Virus record (IMG/VR): IMGVR_UViG_3300037462_000130
Coordinates: 1 to 32,477 of that record
From: a virus
Lineage: Duplodnaviria; Caudoviricetes
DNA: 32,477 nucleotides
Direction: 5' to 3' (one strand)
Shown here: positions 7,818 through 14,111 of the stretch, piece by piece
Layout of the letters: every line of letters begins with the position of its first letter
Numbering within the stretch: position 1 is the first letter of the stretch
Translations under genes and position numbers: made by a program
Notes under the pieces: generated by a model
Told to the model about the DNA's origin: nothing
The model's input: only the letters and a program-made list of their open reading frames with translations
Databases searched by the model: none

Positions 7818-9431
7818 TTACACCCGTTCAAAGGCTTCACTGATTTCACCCAATGAAATCGATTGAAGTTCCCGTTTCTTGTTTAGATTTTCGAGGACGA
7901 GAGTGTCTGTCGGTAGATGGATTAGATCTACAATGTAGACGGCTTTAGTTTGACCAGGACGGTGAATCCGGTCTTCTGACTGAATTCGGGCTTCTCCTGA
8001 GAAGTCGTTAGAGTAGTAGACTGCCATATTGGATGCAGTTAAAGTTAAACCCATACCGGCAGATCGCGGGTGACCGATAAATGCAATACGCTTGTCTGAG
8101 TTGGATTGAAATAGTGGGATTAAAGTCATTGGATCAGATGACCCAAGTGTTGATGACCAACCCCGGCCATCCACTCGAATGTAATCCCAACCTGCAGCTT
8201 CAACGAACTTCACCAACTTATCAATTGTTGCCGTGAATCCACCATAGATAACAATTCGATCTTCGGCCTCTTCCATCAAATCAAGTAGTGCTTGATCCTT
8301 AGGGGTAGAGAATGTCTTGATGGAACCATCCTCTAGATATTGGAAGCCATCGGACAATTCACGCAACTTCTCTAAAACATAAGTTGCCTGACCGAAGATC
8401 ATGCGAGCCGCTCGCAAAGTAGTTGGGTCTGGTTTAAGAAGAATCCGTCGATAGAGTTTATCTGGAAGCTCCAGACAATCCTTCTTGAATTTAACCATAA
8501 CCAACCCAGCCATGCGTTTATACAACGCGGCAACTTCATTGGTTGACTTGACGTGTGGGTGATCCCAAGCAGTGTGATCCTTCAAGGTCTTACCACACGT
8601 CTTACATTTGTTCTCGTCATCCCACCAAGTGACGAGGGATTGATATGGGGTATTGGTGTATGGATTCTCTTTCTTCTCAACTAAAGCTAAGCGTTCTTTG
8701 AACCGCCGCGGGTTACCCTCTTTCAGAAACCCAGGACGGGCAATCTCACATTGTGACCACCAATCCTCAGGGGATCGTGGAGCCGGGGTACCGGACATCA
8801 ATAGGACGTATCCACCCTTATCCCGAACACGCTTAGCGAGGGCCGCAGCAGCTTTAGTTCGCTGAGTCTGACTATTCTTTAGTTTTTGTGATTCGTCAAA
8901 GACGAGGATTTGCGGGGTTCCGCCAACTTTACCTAACATTTCATAGTTGATGAACTTGGGAATAACCTTAGCATTCCACTTCAGGAATTCGAGGTGGATC
9001 GCTGGTAGCGTTTGTTTGGGTGCTACCCACCACACATCTGTGAGACCCGTCCGCTCTATTACCTCAATGGCAGCTAGCGTCTTCCCGGTACCCATCTCGG
9101 CAGCCCAAATAGCTACCTTGTGGTGGTACCAGATAGACGCTAACTCAAGTTGATGCGAGTATAACTTACGTTCGCCCTGAGGTAATAGCTCGACTGGCTT
9201 ATCGAATTCGGCATAAGGATTCTCGCCACGGCGGAAAGCCAACTGCCATGCATTGTGGTCATCGTCATCAATCAACCAGCACTTCTCTTCAGGATTCCAA
9301 CGAGCACCAGTGAATGAAGACTTCACGATCTCGAGGAATTCCCGGTTGAAGGGAAAATTTAGTTTAAGTTGCCCTTCAGGGGTGGGTTCAACGTGTACAT
9401 CGATGTAGTACCTGCCATTAGATAGTTTCAT
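7818..9431 (-). CDS. SNF2-like (SF2) helicase/ATPase
   Basis: AEMGTGKT, VFDESQ, MSGTP, SAGMGLTLT, QSEDRIHRPGQ. N-terminal GARWNPEEKCW resembles a HARP-like domain. Confidence 0.9.
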   Translation of the reverse strand: MKLSNGRYYIDVHVEPTPEGQLKLNFPFNREFLEIVKSSFTGARWNPEEKCWLIDDDDHNAWQLAFRRGENPYAEFDKPVELLPQGERKLYSHQLELASIWYHHKVAIWAAEMGTGKTLAAIEVIERTGLTDVWWVAPKQTLPAIHLEFLKWNAKVIPKFINYEMLGKVGGTPQILVFDESQKLKNSQTQRTKAAAALAKRVRDKGGYVLLMSGTPAPRSPEDWWSQCEIARPGFLKEGNPRRFKERLALVEKKENPYTNTPYQSLVTWWDDENKCKTCGKTLKDHTAWDHPHVKSTNEVAALYKRMAGLVMVKFKKDCLELPDKLYRRILLKPDPTTLRAARMIFGQATYVLEKLRELSDGFQYLEDGSIKTFSTPKDQALLDLMEEAEDRIVIYGGFTATIDKLVKFVEAAGWDYIRVDGRGWSSTLGSSDPMTLIPLFQSNSDKRIAFIGHPRSAGMGLTLTASNMAVYYSNDFSGEARIQSEDRIHRPGQTKAVYIVDLIHLPTDTLVLENLNKKRELQSISLGEISEAFERV

Positions 9432-9784
9432 TGGAACCTCAGAGAGAATGTCCCATCCCCTAAGTCAGTAGGGTGGGCCTTGATAAAAGAACACGCTCGA
9501 TAGGTAACATTACCTATCAAGCGTGTCTGTTTGGTTGCATCCTTGTTACAAGTCTCTGCTAGGAAGTAGAGTAGGTCTTTTAGAGTCCAGAGTGTGAGAG
9601 CAGATGACCCGTAAAAACAATAGTTAGCTGGGATGATGTCAATGAAGTCTGGAAGATTACTTCCCGTGGCGATGATCGTTATGGGGATCAGAGAATCCAC
9701 CATTGAAGGTAATTGTGGTTTCAAACTATCCCTTAGCTGGGCACGATACGTCATCGGATCGGTTGTCTTTAGCGGATACGTCAT
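9428..9784 (-). CDS. Hypothetical protein
   Basis: Fills the gap between the Dam-like gene and the helicase with an ATGA overlap. Start uncertain (9784 or 9754; track gives 9847). Confidence 0.55.
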   Translation of the reverse strand: MTYPLKTTDPMTYRAQLRDSLKPQLPSMVDSLIPITIIATGSNLPDFIDIIPANYCFYGSSALTLWTLKDLLYFLAETCNKDATKQTRLIGNVTYRACSFIKAHPTDLGDGTFSLRFQ

Positions 9785-10496
9785 TGGATGCCAAAGAATA
9801 GTTATACCAAGAGGCAGTGTACACTGGTCCAGCGAATTCATGGACATCTAACTTCCAATCCCGGAATAGCTCCGCATAGATAGGGTTTGGTGTTGTTGTT
9901 ACCATTGCTTGTCGGTTATACAAAAGTTTCTTTAATTTTGCACGTTGAAGTTCAATTAAAGCTACAGGTGGATTACAGTACACAAAACCTTGGTTTTTGA
10001 TTAGGGTTGCTTCAAAGGAACAACAAATAATTTCTACCCCCTGTAGACGTTCAGCCACCTTGTAGATATTAGGTATTGAAGTTATCCAAGCATTAACTTC
10101 GGAAGGTTGATTTCCACGCTTACGGGCTGACCAACAGAAAGCCCGTTGTTGTCCGTTCCTAGACATTCTAAATAGGGTATAGTCATTCACAGCTTGGTCA
10201 AGTGGATCTAAGAAAGCGTAGGATAGGGCAATTGCTTTCTTGAATGACGTATACGAATACTCAATCTGAGACAGTTTTGATACTAGGGCTTTTGGCTGAT
10301 CCCTAACAATAGTTAAGAGATTGATTACCCCGGAATTGATATCACTAAGCACCTCACGTTTACATCGAGGTTTGTGAATGAGAATGTTAGACGCCCCACA
10401 AAACGGCTCTAAGTACGTTTCGTGGGGCGGGAAAAGAGACACTAGATATTCACCCTGAGAGGGTTGGCCCTCAGGGTACCGAATCAATGGTCGCAT
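9726..10496 (-). CDS. Dam-family (D12 class) adenine methyltransferase homolog with degenerate catalytic motif
   Basis: RPLIRYP, YLEPFCG, EVLSDIN and RLQGVEI match Dam-family motifs. The DPPY position reads NPPV. Confidence 0.8.
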   Translation of the reverse strand: MRPLIRYPEGQPSQGEYLVSLFPPHETYLEPFCGASNILIHKPRCKREVLSDINSGVINLLTIVRDQPKALVSKLSQIEYSYTSFKKAIALSYAFLDPLDQAVNDYTLFRMSRNGQQRAFCWSARKRGNQPSEVNAWITSIPNIYKVAERLQGVEIICCSFEATLIKNQGFVYCNPPVALIELQRAKLKKLLYNRQAMVTTTPNPIYAELFRDWKLDVHEFAGPVYTASWYNYSLASNDVSAKDNRSDDVSCPAKG

Positions 10497-11218
10497 TGCA
10501 GGGTTTCCCCATCGTACTTAACGCAGCCAAAGATGTTGGGTGAAACACGTATCACCTCGTGGTACATCTTGATTGCTAAAGCCCGAATTTCAACATCGGC
10601 AGCTTTAGACCCTCGAAGGTTGAAGAAGTGCAGTAGGGCACGGGCATTGGCTGTGACTTGAATTTTAGTTTCAGTCATGTTGGGTAAGATACATCGAGCG
10701 GCTTGCCGTACCTCTTTCCGGCTACCCTCAATCTCTTGATTCATTTCACGGTAGGCGTCTTGGATGGCATCCAAGGCAAACATCAGCTTCTTCATGTAGG
10801 GTACGTCGTACCCTTTCAGATATCGCTCATAGTCATCTTTGAGGGCTGGTGGACAAACAAAAGCTAACTTGTCACTGTAGCGTTGTGACAGTTGTGAGTA
10901 GGCCATACCCACACGGTGGCGAACCAATTCGTGTGTCAGTGAGCGTGAGACTTGAGTTAAAATGAACGTGTAGGCAGTGTGTTCTAAGACACTGCCGTGT
11001 TTGACTTCATGAATGTGTGAGATGTAGCCTTTGTTACCACCAGGCCGAGGGTTCGCGAATGAGAAGTAGCAGAGCCGGCCACCAATCTCAACATTAGTTG
11101 AATTGTCGTCAAGACAGGTTCTATCCCACGTTGTCTTCTCGTCTTGTAGGAATTGAGCGATCGTGTCCTCACTCAATACCAATTGGCCTGTCAGGTAGAC
11201 TTTGGCTTCAGTAAACAT
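10484..11218 (-). CDS. thyX: FAD-dependent thymidylate synthase
   Basis: HGSVLEH, SRSLTHELVRHRVGMAYSQLSQRY (ThyX RHR...S motif), ARCILPN, NARALLHFFNLR. Confidence 0.95.
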   Translation of the reverse strand: MFTEAKVYLTGQLVLSEDTIAQFLQDEKTTWDRTCLDDNSTNVEIGGRLCYFSFANPRPGGNKGYISHIHEVKHGSVLEHTAYTFILTQVSRSLTHELVRHRVGMAYSQLSQRYSDKLAFVCPPALKDDYERYLKGYDVPYMKKLMFALDAIQDAYREMNQEIEGSRKEVRQAARCILPNMTETKIQVTANARALLHFFNLRGSKAADVEIRALAIKMYHEVIRVSPNIFGCVKYDGETLQCDH

Positions 11219-11940
11219 CCATGGACCTCAGGAATGAAGTTGTTGAAATTGAAACCTGCTGCGTTTTTGTGTCCGCCACCACCAAGGGCTTTAGCAATAG
11301 CTGCACAATCAAGTATGGATGAGCGTAGTGAAACACGCCGATCAGTGTACACTACCGCGAGAGGGTAATCGCGGTAACCCCGTTCACCCAACTCTGATTG
11401 GTACACTGAACTGTTGATGTAGACCACACTATCAATCACTCGATGGTTGCTGTAGATGTGTTCCACTTGTTTGTTGATTAGCTTTAGTATATACGGGCCA
11501 ATCAACTTGCCCTTCTCAACGTCGATCTCACCCCACTCTTCGAGAGTGTGTAGGTGGATATAGGCTGAAACTTCCCTTGAAAGTGGAAGCTCCCATTTCC
11601 AGAGATCGCGGTCAGCGATGTAAGGGATTAGGGGATCGGGTGGCAGCTTAAGATAATCGCGAACCAACTCGGCAGCACACTTCTCGTTACTGTAGATCAA
11701 TTGTGCATGTGGTGCGAAGTTCTGAATGTCTTGATGGACTGTCTTGTGGTGATCAATAACTAAAACTGGAACTGCGGGGTCAATTGGGACCCGCGGACAG
11801 CAATCCAGAAAAACGAGTGGCTCGGATTGATCGATTTCAGGTGCTAGTGGTTTCAAGTTATCATTGGGATGGACCTTCGACCACAACCAAGCACATGTAT
11901 TGCCATCTGGACAATTTGGATGATAATAGACATTTTGCAT
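11191..11940 (-). CDS. DHH/DHHA1 family phosphoesterase
   Basis: YHPNCPDG, FLD, VIDHHKT, DRDLW, SLRS, GGGGHKNAAGF. ATG at 11940 follows GGAG. Confidence 0.9.
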   Translation of the reverse strand: MQNVYYHPNCPDGNTCAWLWSKVHPNDNLKPLAPEIDQSEPLVFLDCCPRVPIDPAVPVLVIDHHKTVHQDIQNFAPHAQLIYSNEKCAAELVRDYLKLPPDPLIPYIADRDLWKWELPLSREVSAYIHLHTLEEWGEIDVEKGKLIGPYILKLINKQVEHIYSNHRVIDSVVYINSSVYQSELGERGYRDYPLAVVYTDRRVSLRSSILDCAAIAKALGGGGHKNAAGFNFNNFIPEVHGCLLKPKST

Positions 11941-11953
11941 TGTAAGCTCCAAA

Positions 11954-11979
11954 CCGCCGCTAACTTAAGTTAGCGGCGG
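11954..11979 (-). terminator. Perfect 26-bp palindrome: terminator-like hairpin containing AACTTAAGTT
   Basis: CCGCCGCTAACTTAAGTTAGCGGCGG, intergenic, followed by TTT on the - strand. Confidence 0.65.
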
Positions 11980-11989
11980 CAGATACAGG

Positions 11990-12616
11990 TTAGACGGCAC
12001 GTTCGACTGTCACGGGGATTTCTTTTGGATAATCCTTGAAGTTTGCCAAGGCTTCCATCAGTTCTTCGGTTGTCGGATGTTGCACTTCAAACGAACACTT
12101 GGTGGCCATCAGGCCATGCCACTTATGTGTGCCGTTTGAACACAGTTTGGCTTTCAGAGTGAAGTTGTAAAACTTCATCTCAAGTGCCTTACTAATGTTA
12201 GGAGCTTCCTTCCGAAGCGTCGTAGACCCACAGAAGAAGGTACAGAACCCGTGTTGGGGATGGTAACACAGGAATTCTGGACCGTAATTACACTTTGAGT
12301 CTGCGACAGCAGAACGAGAACGGATATCAATGAACGTCTTAGACGACACATCATGTGACGTCACCATCGTACCGAAATCCATAGCTTTAGGTCGCCACAT
12401 AAAGACGGCGATATGGGTTTCGGGTCCGAGGTCAGTCAACTCACTGCCGGTGATGAGAGCGAATCGGCCTACGCCGATTTTGCCCTCTTTAACCATGTCT
12501 GACGACGAGCCACACAATTGAATGCGTGGCAGGTAGGTGGAGCCGAATACTGATTTGTCGAGCTTGTCTGTTGGTAGGGCCAAAAGCGTGTCTGCGTCGT
12601 ACTTTGCAATTTCCAT
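11990..12616 (-). CDS. Hypothetical replication-module protein, possible single-stranded DNA-binding protein
   Basis: 208 aa. LPRIQLCGSSSDMVKEG...G recalls the N-terminus of phage SSB-like proteins, and the gene lies in the replication operon. Function tentative. Confidence 0.5.
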   Translation of the reverse strand: MEIAKYDADTLLALPTDKLDKSVFGSTYLPRIQLCGSSSDMVKEGKIGVGRFALITGSELTDLGPETHIAVFMWRPKAMDFGTMVTSHDVSSKTFIDIRSRSAVADSKCNYGPEFLCYHPQHGFCTFFCGSTTLRKEAPNISKALEMKFYNFTLKAKLCSNGTHKWHGLMATKCSFEVQHPTTEELMEALANFKDYPKEIPVTVERAV

Positions 12617-12645
12617 TGTTAACCTTAGTTAGAGTGGACAGTTTG

Positions 12646-13581
12646 TTAGACGCGGCCTTCAAGGATTGCATTCGCTTCATCGCGTTTCTTCTGGGCACGT
12701 TCAAGTGCCCGCTTTGCTGCATCGTCTTTAGCTTGCTTCTTCTTTTCCTCATCACGTTTTTGTTGGAACGTAACACCATCGGGATCGACCGAGAGTACCC
12801 ACTTCAGGGTAAACTCAATCGTGGAAGCCACATCGGTATTGACAGCATGTTTTGCCATCAATGAAGCGACATTGCCAGGGTTGGTGAGAGCCGCCTCAAT
12901 CTCATCCTTCTTGCGGATAACTTTAGTTGGCGTCCAAGCCACCTCGGTCGGATCTTTCGCTGCCTTCATTGCATTGCGGAAGTTCCGAGTTTCAGCTTGG
13001 GCCATCGCGGTAAACGACGGTCCTGGTTCCGTGATCGCAGCGTCCAACAATTTGGTTCGCAGTTGCTCGGGAACCTTAACTAAAGCTAAGGCGTTGAAGG
13101 CTGACAGCTTACCGGCATTCAACAATTCCTTGCACTTGTCGTCAAGGTTGTCGAGAGCCAGAGTGTCATTGATCCACTGTTCGGACTTGGCAAACATGTT
13201 TGCCAATTCCTTAACAGTTTTAGTTGGATCGGTATTCAAGATGGTCTTGATATGGGCCAGGTATTCGATTCGTGTCGTCGGAATGTTTTGGACGTTCGCC
13301 ACAAGTTGGGCGATGCGCCCATCCATTTCCGACATCTCGTGGATGACACACGGAATCGTATCTTTTGCTAAATCAATGTGAGCTGAATAACGTTGAACGC
13401 CGTTCACCAGTTCATACTTACCGTCTGGCAGTGGTCGTACCGCGATTGGTTCCAAGAGTCCGTGTTGAACAATCGAGTCCTTCAAGTTCTCGAATTCGAT
13501 TGTGCCGCGTTTTGCATCTCGCAATCGGATTTGTGCAACCACGATGTCAGTCAACTTCAGTGTGAGATACTGCATTGCCAT
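12646..13581 (-). CDS. Second ParB-like protein with divergent CTP-binding motifs and C-terminal coiled coil
   Basis: LKDSIVQHGLLEPIAVRP, YELVNGVQRY, IPCVI, ANVQN, HTH VKELANMFAKSEQWI. Confidence 0.85.
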   Translation of the reverse strand: MAMQYLTLKLTDIVVAQIRLRDAKRGTIEFENLKDSIVQHGLLEPIAVRPLPDGKYELVNGVQRYSAHIDLAKDTIPCVIHEMSEMDGRIAQLVANVQNIPTTRIEYLAHIKTILNTDPTKTVKELANMFAKSEQWINDTLALDNLDDKCKELLNAGKLSAFNALALVKVPEQLRTKLLDAAITEPGPSFTAMAQAETRNFRNAMKAAKDPTEVAWTPTKVIRKKDEIEAALTNPGNVASLMAKHAVNTDVASTIEFTLKWVLSVDPDGVTFQQKRDEEKKKQAKDDAAKRALERAQKKRDEANAILEGRV

Positions 13582-13604
13582 TCCTAACTAGAGTTAAAGA
13601 GGAG

Positions 13605-13680
13605 AAAAAAGTTGCCCTCACGAGATTACTTAAGTTAATAGGCGCCTCTATACTAACTTAAGCTAACTGTGAGGGGTAAC
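13605..13680 (-). terminator. Long stem-loop plus U6 in the leader of the left operon (terminator or attenuator)
   Basis: GTTGCCCTCAC (13611-21) pairs with GTGAGGGGTAAC (13669-80). The inner arms ACTTAAGTTA and TAACTTAAG also pair. A6 at 13605-10 gives U6 on the - strand. Confidence 0.55.
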
Positions 13681-13698
13681 TGTTTGCGAATAGCTTGC

Positions 13699-13762
13699 GG
13701 CCTTAACTTAAGTTGGCCTTAACTTAAGTTGGCCTTAACTTAAGTTGGCCTTAACTTAAGTT
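13699..13762. repeat. Tandem repeat 4 x GGCCTTAACTTAAGTT (16 bp)
   Basis: Four exact copies at 13699, 13715, 13731 and 13747, each containing the palindrome AACTTAAGTT. Confidence 0.95.
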
Positions 13763-13826
13763 AAAACTTAAGTTTCTTAACTAAGTTAAGAATTGCCCAC
13801 ACACTTCTATTCGCTCACACAAATAT

Positions 13827-13855
13827 AGAGTATGGAAAGTAATTGAAAACGACAA
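13827..13855 (-). promoter_or_regulatory. Leftward sigma70-like promoter
   Basis: TTGTCG (13855-13850), 17 nt, TACTCT (13832-13827); hexamers identical to the rightward twin. Confidence 0.7.
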
Positions 13856-13939
13856 AGCTATTTTGGAATTACTTTCTACACTTACTTACAGATGCACACA
13901 CTCTTTATATAGGATGAAATTTATTTCCATCAATTCAGA

Positions 13940-13962
13940 ATTACTACACTTTATGTAGTAAT
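13940..13962. promoter_or_regulatory. Small inverted repeat between the divergent promoters (possible operator)
   Basis: ATTACTACA-cttta-TGTAGTAAT in the AT-rich core. Confidence 0.4.
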
Positions 13963-13977
13963 GTAATTTGTAATCGA

Positions 13978-14006
13978 TTGTCGTTTTCGACCGTCTTCCA
14001 TACTCT
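13978..14006 (+). promoter_or_regulatory. Rightward sigma70-like promoter
   Basis: TTGTCG (13978-83), 17 nt, TACTCT (14001-06). Confidence 0.7.
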
Positions 14007-14111
14007 ATATTAGTGTAGGCCATTGTGGGAGCGTAGGCGTGTCTTAACTAAGTTAATAAACTTAAGTTTTAACTTAACTTAAGTTTAACTTAAGTTTAAA
14101 TGAGAGGAGAG

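Larger units (their letters stand above)
13756..14077. repeat. Large imperfect inverted repeat (mirror-image control region)
   Basis: 13756-13790 matches the reverse complement of 14043-14077 with 2 mismatches. 13817-13854 matches the reverse complement of 13979-14016. The 26-nt spacers on both arms are equal in length. Confidence 0.9.

Noticed and set aside
91-13587. Plus-strand ORFs over the left arm (e.g. 91..318, 475..849, 12821..13381)
   Set aside because: Antisense shadows of well-supported minus-strand genes, with no recognisable motifs.
13699-13762. CRISPR array
   Set aside because: The 16-bp units are head-to-tail with no spacers, and no cas genes are present.
13756-14077. Protelomerase target or transposon terminal repeats
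   Set aside because: The arms are separated and interrupted, not a continuous palindrome. No protelomerase or transposase is seen, and twin promoters explain the symmetry better.
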